A stretch of 64,000 nt of DNA from an uncultured Gemmatimonadales bacterium (GTDB lineage: Bacteria; Gemmatimonadota; Gemmatimonadetes; Gemmatimonadales; GWC2-71-9), in contig CAWCVB010000007.1 in NCBI GenBank assembly GCA_963798915.1, positions 96,001 through 160,000 on the forward strand. The letters are read 5' to 3'. Each line of letters begins with the position of its first letter. Position 1 is the stretch's first letter. Made by a program: the position numbers and the translations under genes. Of the stretch, positions 40,545 through 54,310 are shown one piece after another. Under the pieces are notes generated by a model. It was not told the origin of the DNA. It did not search any database and saw nothing but the letters and a program-made list of their open reading frames with translations.

Positions 40545-41490
40545 CGCTGTCCTCGCCGCTCCGGAGTGCAGTCGCCGCTCCCGCGCCCACTCGTGCAATG
40601 AAGATGGATTCCAGCGAGGGATCCTGGACCGAGAATTCCGAAACGTTCACTCCCGCCTCGACCAGCGTTCGCAACAGGACCTCAGGTGGAGTCTCGGCCG
40701 TGAGCTCGGCGTCCCAGGTGCTGCCGCGATCCTGCAGTGAAGCGGCCCAGCGCCGGTCGCCCAGAATCTGCCGGGCCGCCTCTTCGCCCTCGACCACACC
40801 GATCCGGAGGTGCCGGGTTCCGGCCTCGCGTTTCACGTCGCGCACCGCGCCATCCACCACCTTCTGGCCCCGCGCGATGATCACGATATGGTCGCAAAGC
40901 TGCTCGGCCTGCTCCATGATGTGAGTGGAGAAGACCACGGTCCGGCCCTGGCGTGCAATGTCCACCACTGTGTCCTTCATCACCCGGCTGTTGACTGGAT
41001 CCAACCCGCTGAACGGCTCGTCCAGCACCAGCAGCTCCGGCTCATGCAAGAGGGTACCAATGAACTGGACTTTCTGCTGCATGCCCTTGGACAGGTCTTC
41101 AACCGGCTTGTCCACCCACTGGCCAAGACCGAGCCGCTCCAGCCATCCCAAGGCCCGGCTACGCGCATCAGCCCGAGCCATGCCCTTGATCTCGCCGAAA
41201 AAAACCAGGTGGCCCAGGACCGGCATCTTCTTGTAGAGGCCTCGCTCCTCGGGCAGGAACCCGATCCGCGAGGCGAGGTGGCGGCTGGCGGGCTGCCCCA
41301 GCACGCTGATGCGACCCTCGTCCGGCGTGATGATGTTCATCGCCATCCGGATGGTGGTGCTCTTGCCGGCCCCGTTGGGACCCAGCAGCCCGAAGATGCC
41401 GCCTTCGGGCACGCTGAAGCTCAGGTCGCGTACGGCGACGTGCCCCTCGAAGCGCTTGGTAACATGGTCGAGCTGCAGGATGGGCGGCAT
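40537..41490 (-). CDS. ABC transporter ATP-binding protein (NatA-like)
   Basis: GPNGAGKST, LSKGMQQK, LDEPFSGLDP. Confidence 0.93.
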   Translation of the reverse strand: MPPILQLDHVTKRFEGHVAVRDLSFSVPEGGIFGLLGPNGAGKSTTIRMAMNIITPDEGRISVLGQPASRHLASRIGFLPEERGLYKKMPVLGHLVFFGEIKGMARADARSRALGWLERLGLGQWVDKPVEDLSKGMQQKVQFIGTLLHEPELLVLDEPFSGLDPVNSRVMKDTVVDIARQGRTVVFSTHIMEQAEQLCDHIVIIARGQKVVDGAVRDVKREAGTRHLRIGVVEGEEAARQILGDRRWAASLQDRGSTWDAELTAETPPEVLLRTLVEAGVNVSEFSVQDPSLESIFIARVGAGAATALRSGEDSDA

Positions 41491-41555
41491 TTGAGTGGGG
41501 GTTAGGGGGTTAGGGATTAAGGTCGCGGGTCACGTGAGTCCAGCGGAGCGCAATG

Positions 41556-41642
41556 GTCATCCTGAGGGAGCGCTGCGACCGAAGGATCCACTCACCATGT
41601 TCGGAACAGGGCCAGTAGATCCTTCGCTACGCTCAGGATGAC
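41556..41642. repeat. REP-like palindromic element
   Basis: GTCATCCTGAG...GAAGGATC...GATCCTTC...CTCAGGATGAC. Confidence 0.75.
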
Positions 41643-41694
41643 ATGTCGCATGGGCCGTGGCTCAGGCCCTGCGATTTACGCCTACCATTCAGGC

Positions 41695-41967
41695 CTATGA
41701 CTCCAGCCGTCCCACATCCACCACTTCATCGTTCGGCACCACCAGGGCCCGTTCATCCACCCGGATGCCGAACTTCCGTTGCTTCTCGATCCACTCTTCC
41801 AATGGTACACCATCGCCCGGCTCATGCACCGCGACATCCTTGAGGACGACGCCCCGTTCGTTCCGCTCGTGATAACGGCCAAGGTACGTGCGGCCGGATG
41901 CGCCATTCACCACAACGGTGACGCCGTGAAGTTCCTGCCGGTTGGCATGAAAGACGTGTCCGCTCAT
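41695..41967 (-). CDS. Small hypothetical protein
   Basis: Co-oriented immediately after bacilliredoxin. Confidence 0.7.
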   Translation of the reverse strand: MSGHVFHANRQELHGVTVVVNGASGRTYLGRYHERNERGVVLKDVAVHEPGDGVPLEEWIEKQRKFGIRVDERALVVPNDEVVDVGRLES

Positions 41968-41969
41968 GG

Positions 41970-42398
41970 CTATGCCGTGGCGCCGCAGAACTTCTCGAAC
42001 GCCTGCGCCAGGTTGTCGGCGATGCTCTGCGGGCTCCGCCCCTCAATCTGATGCCGATGGACAAAATGTACCACTTCGCCATCGCGCAGCAGCGCCACCG
42101 ATGGCGACGACGGCTGATAGTCGGCAAAGTACTGGCGCGCCCGTGCCGTGGCCTCGGTGTCCTGGCCGGCAAAGACGGTGAGCACCCGGTCGGGCCGGAC
42201 GTCGTGCTTCAGCGCCAGTGAGAGTGCCGGCCGGGCATTGCCTGCCGCGCAGCCGCAGACGGAATTGACAAAGATCAGCGTGGTGCCACGCGCGTCGCCC
42301 AGCGCGGCATCCACCTCGGCCGCTGTCTTCAGTTCCTCGGCGCCCATCTGCGTCATCTCGGCACGCATCGGCGCCACCAGCTGCTCGGGGTAAGGCAT
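41970..42398 (-). CDS. BrxA/BrxB-family bacilliredoxin
   Basis: VNSVCGCAAGNARP, TVFAGQD, PSSPS. Confidence 0.92.
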   Translation of the reverse strand: MPYPEQLVAPMRAEMTQMGAEELKTAAEVDAALGDARGTTLIFVNSVCGCAAGNARPALSLALKHDVRPDRVLTVFAGQDTEATARARQYFADYQPSSPSVALLRDGEVVHFVHRHQIEGRSPQSIADNLAQAFEKFCGATA

Positions 42399-42439
42399 TT
42401 CTGCTCCAGATCCAGGACGGTTGATCGAGGCCTCTTGCC

Positions 42440-42886
42440 TCATTCGGTCGTGACAGTCGATTCGGGCGACTCGAGCGCCGCCTTCAGGGTGTGCCAGGAA
42501 AGACTGGCGCACTTGACCCGCACCGGAAATTCGGCCACACCCTTGAACACCGCGAGCTTGCCCAGCTCAGCCGAGGTATCGGCCTTGCCGGTGACGAGCG
42601 CATGAAAACGGCTGAACAGGTCGAGCGCTTCCTGCCGGGTCCTGCCCTTGACGGCGCTGGTCATCAGTGAGGCGCTTGCCTTGCTGATGGCGCAGCCGGC
42701 GCCCTCGAACTTTACATCCTCGATCCGGTCGTCGTCGCCCAGCTTGACCCAGACGGAGAGCTCGTCGCCGCAGAGGGGATTCTGCCCCTCGGCATGGCGG
42801 TTGGCGTCGTCCAGGCGGCCAAAGTTGCGCGGCGAGCGGTTGTGGTCGAGGATGACGCTCTGGTACAGCTCGTTCATGGTGCCCAT
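42440..42886 (-). CDS. sufU: SUF sulfur-transfer protein SufU
   Basis: NPLCGD, GCAISKASAS, RVKCA. Confidence 0.93.
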   Translation of the reverse strand: MGTMNELYQSVILDHNRSPRNFGRLDDANRHAEGQNPLCGDELSVWVKLGDDDRIEDVKFEGAGCAISKASASLMTSAVKGRTRQEALDLFSRFHALVTGKADTSAELGKLAVFKGVAEFPVRVKCASLSWHTLKAALESPESTVTTE

Positions 42887-44127
42887 CACCCGAACACCTG
42901 TCGCGCCGAGACCAGCGCGGCGACCAGCGCCTCGGCCTCGGCCTCGGTGTTGTAGAGCGCGAAGGAGGCACGCGCCGTCGCGGGCACTCCCAGCCGCTTC
43001 ATGAGCGGCTGGGCGCAATGATGACCGGTCCGGATGCAGACACCGGCGCTGTCGAGCACGGTCCCGATGTCGTGAGGGTGAATACCGTCCATGATGAAGC
43101 TCAACACCGACGCCTTGAGCGGGGCAGTGCCGATGATCCTGAGCCCCGGGACCTCCATCACCAGCTCAGTAGCATGGGTGAGCAGCCGGTGCTCGTGCTC
43201 GGCGATCCGGTCCCGGCCGATCTGCTCGATGTATTCGACCGCGGCGCCGAAGCCGACGGCGCCGGCGATGTTGGGCGTGCCGGCCTCGAACTTGGCCGGC
43301 AGGGGCGCCCAGGTGCTGCCGGCAAAGCTCACCGTATTGATCATGTCACCGCCGCCCTGGTAGGGCGGCATGGCATCGAGCAGGGCTTCGCGACCATAGA
43401 GGGCGCCGATGCCGGTGGGGCCCAGCATCTTGTGGCTGGAAAAAGCGTAGAAGTCCGCGCCCAGCGCCTGCACGTCGAGCGGCAGGTGGGGCGCGGCCTG
43501 GGCACCGTCCACCACCAGCACGGCACCGGCAGCATGGGCCAGGTCGGCGATGCGCCGCACCGGGTTGATCGTGCCCAGCGCGTTGGACACATGCGCCACC
43601 GCCACCACCTGCGTGCGGTCGCTGATCAGCCGGGCAAGGGCCTCGAGGTCGAGTTCGCCGCTGTCGGTCACTGGCGCCGGCCGGACGGTGGCGCCAGTCT
43701 GCTCCGCCATCAATTGCCACGGCACGATGTTGGAGTGATGCTCCATCTCGGTTACGAGGATTTCGTCGCCGGGCCCGAGCCGGGGCCGAGCCCAGCTCTG
43801 CGCAATGAGGTTGATGCCCTCGGTGGTGCCGCGGGTGAAGATCACTTCGTGCGCGTGGGCCGCGCCGATGTAGCCGGCCACGGCCTCCCGTGCTGCGTCA
43901 TAGCGACGGGTGGCCTCGGCACTCAGGGCGTACACGCCGCGATGGATGTTGGCGTTGGTGGTTTCGTAGAACCCGCGCTCCGCGTCCAGCACGGCACGCG
44001 GCTTCTGGCTGGACGCCGCACTGTCGAGATAGACCAGTGGGCGCCCGTGCATGCTGGTGCCGAGAATCGGAAAGTCACGGCGCACCGCTTCGACATCGAG
44101 GCGCGGGAGGGCGGCGGTGGTGGTCAT
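42886..44127 (-). CDS. sufS: Cysteine desulfurase SufS
   Basis: YLDSAASSQKP, SSHK, RTGHHCAQP. Confidence 0.95.
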   Translation of the reverse strand: MTTTAALPRLDVEAVRRDFPILGTSMHGRPLVYLDSAASSQKPRAVLDAERGFYETTNANIHRGVYALSAEATRRYDAAREAVAGYIGAAHAHEVIFTRGTTEGINLIAQSWARPRLGPGDEILVTEMEHHSNIVPWQLMAEQTGATVRPAPVTDSGELDLEALARLISDRTQVVAVAHVSNALGTINPVRRIADLAHAAGAVLVVDGAQAAPHLPLDVQALGADFYAFSSHKMLGPTGIGALYGREALLDAMPPYQGGGDMINTVSFAGSTWAPLPAKFEAGTPNIAGAVGFGAAVEYIEQIGRDRIAEHEHRLLTHATELVMEVPGLRIIGTAPLKASVLSFIMDGIHPHDIGTVLDSAGVCIRTGHHCAQPLMKRLGVPATARASFALYNTEAEAEALVAALVSARQVFG

Positions 44128-44128
44128 G

Positions 44129-45426
44129 CTATTCCAATGATCCCAGCCGCTCGAGCAGCAGGCGGTCCAGCTCCTCGCGCACTGGCGTGAGCGCCACCTC
44201 CGAGACCACCTCGGCCGCAAAGGCGTAGGTCAGGAGTCGCATGGCCTCCACCTGGGGAATGCCCCGGCTCCGGGCGTAGAACAGCGCCACGTCATCCAGC
44301 TGGCCCACCGTGGCGCCATGGGTGCACCTGACGTCATCCGCAAAGATCTCCAGCTGCGGCTTGGTATCGACCCGAGCCGTGCGGGACAGGAGCAGGTTGC
44401 GGTTGGTCTGCTTGGCGTCGGTCTTCTGCGCCTCGGGCTTCACGAACACCTTGCCGTTGAATACCGCGCGCGACTTCCCGTCCAGGACGCCCTTGTACAC
44501 TTCCCAGCTTCGGCAATCGGGATGATCGTGGAAGATGGCGGTGTGGTTGTCCACCAGCTGCTCGCCACGGGTAAGGTAGAGGCCGTAGAGCAGCGTCTCG
44601 ACATTCGAGGCGTTGAGATGCGCATCGAGGTTGTGCCGCGCGGTGGCGCCGCCCATGGCGAGCGTGAAGGAGCGGTAGTGGCTGTCCGCGGCCTGCTCCA
44701 CATGGGTGCGGCCGATGTGATAGGCCTGCTCGCTCTCCCGCTGGATGCGGGTGTGCTCCACCCAGGAGTTGGCGCCGGTTACCACCTCGGTCACCACGTT
44801 GGTAAAGTACCGCGACCCGGGCGCCACCGTCACGTAGCTCTCGACGATCGACGCGTTCGCGCCATCCTCGATGATGAAGAGATTGCGGGGATGGGTGGCC
44901 GCCCCGGCTGCCTCGCCGGTGCTCACGAACAGGACCGTAACCGGCTGCTCCAGTGTCACGCCTCGGGGCACGTGCACAAACGCTCCGTCCTTCAGGAACG
45001 CGGTGTTGAGTGCCGTGAAGGCGCTGGTGGCGATCGGCGCGTGGCGCGCCACGTGCGCTTCCAGCGACGGGTCCGCCGTCACGGCCTCCGCCAAGCTGCC
45101 GAGGCGCACCCCTGCCGGCAGGGCAGGGATCTGGGAGAGCCCGCCATCAAAGCGGCCATTGATGAACACCAGCCGGGGCCACTCAGGATGGCCAAAGTGG
45201 AAAGGCGCAACCTCCGCCTCTGTGACCGAGGCAGCGGGCGCCGGCACGAACTCCGACGAGGTAATGGCCGCCAAGGGTGTGAAGCGCCATTCCTCATCCC
45301 GCTGCGAGGGGAAGCCGGACGCAGCGAAGCTCTCAAAGGCGGCGCGCCGCACCGGCACCAGCCATGCGGGCTCGGCGCCGCCATTCCGGCTGGCCACGTC
45401 AAACTGCTTCTGGTACGAAACTGCCG

Positions 45427-45430
<4 letters not shown>
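44129..45430 (-). CDS. sufD: Fe-S assembly protein SufD
   Basis: EEWRFT, KPQLEIFADDVRCTHGATVG. Confidence 0.95.
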
Positions 45431-46200
<770 letters not shown>

Positions 46201-46295
46201 GACTCCTGTGATGATAGGGACCGGTTTGGGGCTTAGGGCGAAGGGCTGATGCCTGTCCCTCGGCCCTGGCCCCTAACCTCCAACCCTGACTCCTC

Positions 46296-47725
<1,430 letters not shown>

Positions 47726-47729
<4 letters not shown>

Positions 47730-48421
47730 GTGTGCTCCTGATCCGTGACCGCCGCATCGGCCGGCGGCCGGAAGCGGACGGTGTATTGGCACGCGCCATC
47801 ACCGCTCAACAGGTGCTGGCGGCGCTCGATCGTGCCGCCCAGCGTCCGCTCGAGGAAGCGTTCCTCGGCAGCGCAGATCTCGGGAAACCGCTCCGACACC
47901 GCACGCAGGGCGCAATGATGCTCGGTAAGTGACCCACAGCAGAATGTCGCGGCACCTTCGGCCATGTACCCCTCAGCCGTCCGAGCCGCCGCGACGATGG
48001 CCATCCGCTCCGGCGGCCCGGCGTTCCGGAGCGCCGGCGCCAGCCGACCGGCCTGGCTCTCGAACTGCGATTCGATGAACTGCACCGCGGCAGGCCGGCC
48101 CACGGTGGCCACCAGATGCTCCAGCAGCTGGGTCAGCGTTTCCTTATAGCGCTCAGGGAAGAGCGCCTCACCCGCCGCTGTCAGGTGGTAGGCGTGACCC
48201 GGCGCTCCCACCCGGCCCGACGGGTTGCGAGCCCAATCCACTGTCCCCGCCGCCTCGAGTTCCTTGAGATGGTGGCGGATGGCATTCATGGAAAGCCCCA
48301 GCCGGCGGGCCAGTTCCTTGGCCTCCAGGCCCGGCGTACGCTTGAGCTCCACGACCACCGCTCCCCTCGGCCCCTTGAAGCCGGCGGGAAGCTGGTCGGT
48401 GAGCAGATCAGGTGAGGCCAT
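47726..48421 (-). CDS. SufR-like HTH transcriptional regulator
   Basis: [33 protein letters not shown]; heads the suf operon. Confidence 0.85.
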
Positions 48422-48705
48422 AGACGCGGAATGGTAACTGCAAAAGTCGGGATTCGCAAGGTTCGTCGGGTGGAATTGGTGTGAATTGTAAAGTGATATG
48501 GAGAAACGGGTTAGAGGTCTTCGGTCGTCCGTCATCGGTCGTGGACGGCTCTGAGCTCAATTGCCCTGGCGGAGCAAAAGGCCCGAAACTTCGACTGAGC
48601 CATGCCCCTTCGGTCGCTGCGCTCCCGCAGGCTGACACGTTGACGACCGATGACCGATGACCGACGACCGTTGACCGTTCTCCCTCCATTCCCGATCTTC
48701 TTCCC

Positions 48706-49279
48706 ATGACCATCCACCGCATCCGCCTCCTGGGCGACCCTATCCTCCGTGCCCTCTGCGAGCCCATCGAGAAGCCCTCGTCAGCCGCCATTCGGGTAAT
48801 TCTGGACGACATGCGCGAGACCCTGCGGGATTGGCAGAGCCGCTTTGGCAGCGGCCGGGCCATCGCAGCGCCCCAGATCGGGGCGCCAGTGCGGATGGTC
48901 TACGCCGAGATGGAAAAGCCCTGGGTGCTCATCAACCCCGAGATTGTGGACATTGGCAACGAGGACTTCAGCGTCTGGGACGACTGCTTCTCGTTTCCCA
49001 ATCTGCTGGTCCGGGTCTCACGTGCCTACCGGCTCCGGGTGCGCTACCAGGACCAGAAGGGTGCGTGGCATGAGGATGACCTGGAAGGGCGACCGGGCCG
49101 AGCTGGTGCAGCACGAACTCGACCACCTGGACGGCGTCCTGACCGTGGACCGGCCGCACGGCCTGGATCCCTTCTGTCTCAGGGAGGAATGGAACCGGCT
49201 CCACGCGGCAAGCGGGCGCTATGGTCCGCCGGAACCGCGAACCGGCATCTATGCGACGCCGTTGACAGGGCTGTTGTGA
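48706..49279 (+). CDS. def: Peptide deformylase-like protein, frameshift near 49088
   Basis: LGDPIL, IAAPQIG, INPEI, DDCFS, then QHELDHLDG in a shifted frame. Confidence 0.85.
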
Positions 49280-49368
49280 GGCGGCTGGACGGCTAGACGG
49301 CTAGACGGCTAGACGGCTGGACGGCAAGTTGCCCAGTTTCTGCTCCCAAACACCAGCTCGCTCGCCCA

Positions 49369-50988
49369 CTAGCTCTCTCGCCCATTCGCCGTCTCCTCCG
49401 GCATCGCCGCCTGGTTGCCATCCCTCAGCGCGTTGTAATGCGGCGACATGATCTCGACCCCCGCTTCGTTGAACTTGTCCTGGATGTTCTGGTGCAGCTC
49501 GGCATAGATCGCAGCCATCCGCGCCGGCTTGTGGGTGTAGGCGTTGATCTCGTACTGCACGTAGAAATCATCCAGCGCCGTCTGCAGCACAAACGGCTTG
49601 GGTGTGTCAACGAGGTCGGTCGTGGCCGTGGCCGCGGCACAGAGCAGCTCGTGCACCTGCCGCCAGGGCGCGTCGTAACCGATGGTCACGGTGGTGTGCA
49701 GGATCAGCCCGTCCTCGTGCGCCGCCGTGGTGTAGTTGATGATATGGCTGCCCAGCACCATGCCGTTGGGAATGGTCACTTCCACGTTCTTGATGGTCCG
49801 CACCCTCGTAACCAGCAGCGTACGTTCCAGTACGTCGCCCGTCGTATCCGAGATCCGGACCCGGTCGCCCACCTCGAATGCCCGGGCGTAGGTCAGCACT
49901 ACCCCCGACACCACATTGGCAATCGCCGAGCTCGAGCCCAGTGAAAAGAGCACGCCGAGGAAGATGGAGATGCCCTTGAATGCATCGCTGTGCGCGCCCG
50001 GCAGATAGGGGAACAGCACCACCGCCGCGAACGCCAGCATCAGGAAGCGAACGATCTTGAAGGTCGGCTCGGCCCACTCGCGGTGGAACCCCGTCAGTGT
50101 CACCGCGCCGGTCCGCAGCGCACGGAACACCAGGTGCACCACCTTGATCGCGTAGCGCAGCGCCAGGATGATGATGCCGATGTAGAACAGGTTGGGCAGG
50201 TACGTCACCAGTGCCTGCCAGAGCTGCGCCAGCGGTGCCAGCACGTACCAGGTCATGCGGGGCGCGTATTGCTGGGTCCAGGGGAAGAAGCTGAGCACCA
50301 GCGGAATGAAGAAATACAGCAGCACGACCGTGAGTACGATCCGTGCCACTCGCGCGGCGGCAATCAGCAGGTTGGTGAGCCGTGTCGACGACATCAGCAC
50401 CAGCCGCTGGACCCTGAGCGCCGGTATCCGGGTGCCGCGCCAGCTTTCCAGCGTCCGGTAGATGCGGGGAAACAGAAGCTTGAAGAGCCAGAGCAGAAGG
50501 ACCAGCAGGAGAATGGCGCCACCGGCGTAGGCCGCGTCCACCAGCAGCCCTTCGAAGCTAAACTTTTCGACCGCGCCGGCGAGCGTGCCCGAGATCCGGC
50601 TGGCGTAGCGTTGCGCCGCCTGTTCCGTCGTGAGATGAAGCGGGACAGCATCCGCGGGCATCACCGTCATGATGATGCTGTCACCCAGCGCCAATATTGA
50701 ACCGTTGGTTCCTGTCCGCACCGTCACCGAGTCGAACAGATCCCCTGTGCGTATGTAGCGATCCAGGCGGGCCGAAATGGCGGCCGCACGATCTTCCGCG
50801 CTGAATGCGCCCAGCCGCCCATAGAGCTTGAACAGGGTATCGCCCATGACGACAACGCCAGCACCCACCGGTGCCGGAGCCAGACTGTCAGCGGCGACAG
50901 AATCCTGCGCCCTGGCGGCGCCGGGAACGCCGGCGACCAAGGCGAGCCAGACCAGGATCGTGCCGGGGCGTCCGATGCGGAGGCTCAA
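49369..50988 (-). CDS. Mechanosensitive channel, MscS family
   Basis: FEVGDRVRI..GDV..TIPN..IGYD; start inferred. Confidence 0.92.
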   Translation of the reverse strand: MSLRIGRPGTILVWLALVAGVPGAARAQDSVAADSLAPAPVGAGVVVMGDTLFKLYGRLGAFSAEDRAAAISARLDRYIRTGDLFDSVTVRTGTNGSILALGDSIIMTVMPADAVPLHLTTEQAAQRYASRISGTLAGAVEKFSFEGLLVDAAYAGGAILLLVLLLWLFKLLFPRIYRTLESWRGTRIPALRVQRLVLMSSTRLTNLLIAAARVARIVLTVVLLYFFIPLVLSFFPWTQQYAPRMTWYVLAPLAQLWQALVTYLPNLFYIGIIILALRYAIKVVHLVFRALRTGAVTLTGFHREWAEPTFKIVRFLMLAFAAVVLFPYLPGAHSDAFKGISIFLGVLFSLGSSSAIANVVSGVVLTYARAFEVGDRVRISDTTGDVLERTLLVTRVRTIKNVEVTIPNGMVLGSHIINYTTAAHEDGLILHTTVTIGYDAPWRQVHELLCAAATATTDLVDTPKPFVLQTALDDFYVQYEINAYTHKPARMAAIYAELHQNIQDKFNEAGVEIMSPHYNALRDGNQAAMPEETANGRES

Positions 50989-51551
50989 CCCTCCATGTCC
51001 TGCGGCAAGGGGTTGCCCGGCCGCTCGCCATCCCAGAAGACGCTGACGATCCACCATCGGTGACCGTCCCAGAAAAGCTGAATCGAATTGATGCCGCGCT
51101 GGAATGGGGTGGTCTCATCCCGGCGGAAGCTCGCATAGGAACTGAAGACGTGGGCGATGTTGCCGTAGCGCTCGACGTGGTTCACCAGCGACTGCTCGCG
51201 GAACCCGAGCGCCTGCAGCAGCGAATCAGCGGCCTGCTGATACTGCTCCGCGGTAAAGATGCGCCGGTGACAGTGGCCGGCCGAGTCGCAACCGGTCGGG
51301 ATGAACTGCACCGCGGGATCCAGCAGCGAATAGAACCGGGCCCACTGCCTGGGCTGGCCCACCGGCCCGCTGATGGTCTGATAGAGCGCGGAGACGATTG
51401 AATCGACGGTAGCGACATCGGTGGAAACCGCAGGCGGCTGGGCGGTCGTCGCGGTATCGCGCGTGACCTGGGCCTGGGCCGACGCGGTGGTTGCCAGCGT
51501 CACCACGATCGCCATCACGACGATTGCTGTTGAGCGTATCAGCGCTCTCAT
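50985..51551 (-). CDS. Exported NTF2-like hypothetical protein
   Basis: LYQTISGP, YGNIAHVFSSY, RGINSIQL. Confidence 0.85.
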   Translation of the reverse strand: MRALIRSTAIVVMAIVVTLATTASAQAQVTRDTATTAQPPAVSTDVATVDSIVSALYQTISGPVGQPRQWARFYSLLDPAVQFIPTGCDSAGHCHRRIFTAEQYQQAADSLLQALGFREQSLVNHVERYGNIAHVFSSYASFRRDETTPFQRGINSIQLFWDGHRWWIVSVFWDGERPGNPLPQDMEG

Positions 51552-51648
51552 CTCGGATAGCCTCCGCTTGCGAATCAGTATGAATGGACGGCGCGCGCCA
51601 CCGAGGAAAAGCTACGGCTGGATCCGGATCCAGACCATGCCCGTCCTG

Positions 51649-53701
51649 TCAAAACCATCGCCCCAGTCGCACGAACAGCAGTTCCCGGTCGCCGGTGAAG
51701 CCCAGCTCGACCCGCACCGGTCCCACCGGCGTGTCGGCGCCGACGCCACCCCGGATGCCGGTGTGCCAGCCGCCGCTACCGAGCAGCGCCCCGCCCGTCG
51801 CTGAGCGGCCAACCATGCCGTCCACCCGCACATGCAGCGGTCCGACCACCGGGTAGGCGAGTGCCAGGCCAGCCAGGGCTTCCCGGTCTCCTCGCAGTTC
51901 GCCGATGTGCAGCCCGGCAAAGCCGTCGTCGCCGCCCAGCACGAGGGTGTGCTGCAACGGAAGATCCTCGCCCGCGCCGAGGCGAACATGAGGATTGAGG
52001 TCCAGCGCGCCAAGGGGAATGACCGGGGACAGATCCACGCTCAGGCGCTTGAACTCCTGGTTCCAGGTGGCATTGATCGTGACGTCTCGGGTTCCGTTCC
52101 GGTTCAGATGCGTGAGTTCGAACTCGGCACCCAGCGCATCGGCCGTGCTGCGGTCATCGTTTCTCCACCAGAGCGCCGAGCCGCTCAGGGTCGTCGTCCA
52201 GCTTCGGAAGAAGGTGCGTTCAGCACCGAGCAGCGCTTCCGCCTCCCGGGTCCGGTCGATGCCGATCTGTTCGCCCATCGCATCGAAGCGGCGGATATGC
52301 TCGAAGCCTACCCTGACGGTTGCTCGGGGCACCACCAGCTGACCCAGCAGCTCGCGCTGCTTCTGCAGTCCCAGGACGAGGTCCTTCTGGAGGTTGCCGA
52401 CTTCGCCCAGGATGCTCGCCGCCGCACCGCCAGGCAGGGAACGATCCACGGCACCAGCCCAGAACCTGCCGCCCATGTCATTGTCATATGCCGCGCCCAG
52501 CGCTGCGACCCTCACGGGCCCGCGTTCAGGGACCACGTGCAGCTGGACGCTGTCGCCCTGGCCCGCTGGATGCAGCCAGAGGGCGGTAAACCGATCCGAG
52601 GCCCCCAGCTTGAGGAGACGTGAACGGAGCCGGTCGGCATCGAGGGCGTCGCTGCCGGCGAGGCCCAGCAGCGTCGCGACGTCGGTGGCCTTGTGCCGGG
52701 CGGTGTCCTCGACTGTGATGCCCGTCAGCACCGACGGTTCCGCGATGCGCGGCACCGTGCCAGTGGGCGGACAGGTCATGGCCGGCAGGACCGTGTCGGC
52801 CGCGAGCCGTCCGCGCAGGATCAATGCGTTCACCCGCCAGGGTGTGAAGTCCAGGCTGCGAAAGCCAGCCACGTTCGGGCGGACGTAGATGTCGTTCATC
52901 GCCCAGCGAATCGAGCGGCTGCTCGAAGAGGTAGCCCAGCATCCGCTCCGCCAGCGTCACCGGCGAAAAGAAATTGAGTGAATCGGGCGCCCGCTCGGTT
53001 GCATCGGCCACGATCAGCCGCTCGGCGCCCGCCGCGCGCGCGATGGCGATCGGCACGTTGGCGCTGAGGCCGCCGTCAGCCAGAAACTGTCGGCCGAACT
53101 GTTCGGGCGGAAAGATGAAGGGGATCGCTATGCTGGCGCGCACCGCCTGCGCCAGATCCCCGTGCGAAAGCACCACGGGCCGGTGGGTGCCGAGGTCGGT
53201 GGCGACGATGAGCAGCGGAATCGGGAGCCGACTGAAGTCGCCCCGCGCAATCAGGTTGCCGCGCAGCATCGCAGCGTCGAGCAGGGCGTTGGCCTCAGGC
53301 TCGTGGACGGCGGGATTCTGCAGGTTGAAGCCATGGTCACCCTGCTCCCAGACGAGCAGCGGTTGCAGCTGTCCCAACGCGCGGGGCGCCCGCGGATCGA
53401 AAGTGCCGAACAAGGTCCCGATCGGAAAGGCGCGCGCCAGCGAGTCGATGGTGGAGGCGGGATAGCCGCTGGCATACATGGCGCCGACGGCCGCACCCAT
53501 GCTGCTGCCGACGATCAGGTCGGGGCGGATGCCCAGGCTGTCCAGCGTGCGCAGCAGTCCGATATGCGTCAGCCCCTTGGCGCCGCCGCCGGACAGCACC
53601 AGTGCCGTGCGCGGGGCGGCGCACTGCTGTGCGGCCGCGGTGCGCGCAGCCGCCAGCGTAAGCAGCACAAGGGAGAGAGACCGGACCCGGAAGTTCCGCA
53701 T
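51649..53701 (-). CDS. Patatin-like phospholipase with C-terminal beta-barrel (PlpD-like); frameshift near 52900
   Basis: GGGAKG, GSSMG, DGG; C-terminal GPVRVELG...LGRWF. Confidence 0.85.
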
Positions 53702-53810
53702 GGCGCCGAAAGCTAATCAGCCCCTTGCGCGGCATTGGGCACGTTGCAATTCTTGGCTCACGCGAAACGCTCGCGCCCCCTTTGTCTTCCCTGCTGGAGG
53801 TACCGCCGCA

Positions 53811-54074
53811 ATGCCGTACGTGATCACCGAGGCCTGTATTGGCGTGAAGGACCGGGCCTGTGTGGATGTCTGTCCGGTGGACTGCATCTACGAAGGGGAA
53901 GATCAGCTGTACATCCACCCCGATGAGTGCATTGATTGCGGCGCATGCGAACCGGAGTGCCCGGTGACGGCAATCTTCCCGGAGGAGGATGTGCCGCCTA
54001 CCCTCACGTCGTTCATCGAGAAGAATCGCGAGATCTTCAACAGCGACGCGCCGCCGGGGAGGCCGGAGAGGTAG
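53811..54074 (+). CDS. Dicluster ferredoxin
   Basis: [37 protein letters not shown]. Confidence 0.95.
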   Translation: MPYVITEACIGVKDRACVDVCPVDCIYEGEDQLYIHPDECIDCGACEPECPVTAIFPEEDVPPTLTSFIEKNREIFNSDAPPGRPER

Positions 54075-54218
54075 GCGGACAGGCGGAGAGTGAGTCGACG
54101 GTCGACGGTCGACGGTCGACGGTCGACGAAGCTCGCTTGATCGTCACCCCGGTGCAAACCGGGGCCCATGAGGGACTCGGACACGGCAACTACGCACGGG
54201 TGGACCCTCATGGATTCC

Positions 54219-54259
54219 CCGTCATTCCCGCGAAAGCGGGAAGTTCTCGGGAATGACGG
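54219..54259. repeat. REP-like hairpin between convergent genes
   Basis: CCGTCATTCCCG-CGAAAGCGGG..CGGGAATGACGG. Confidence 0.7.
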
Positions 54260-54310
54260 TTCGACGACAACCTGCCCGTCTCGCCCGCCCTGCCCATCTC
54301 GCCCGTCCTG

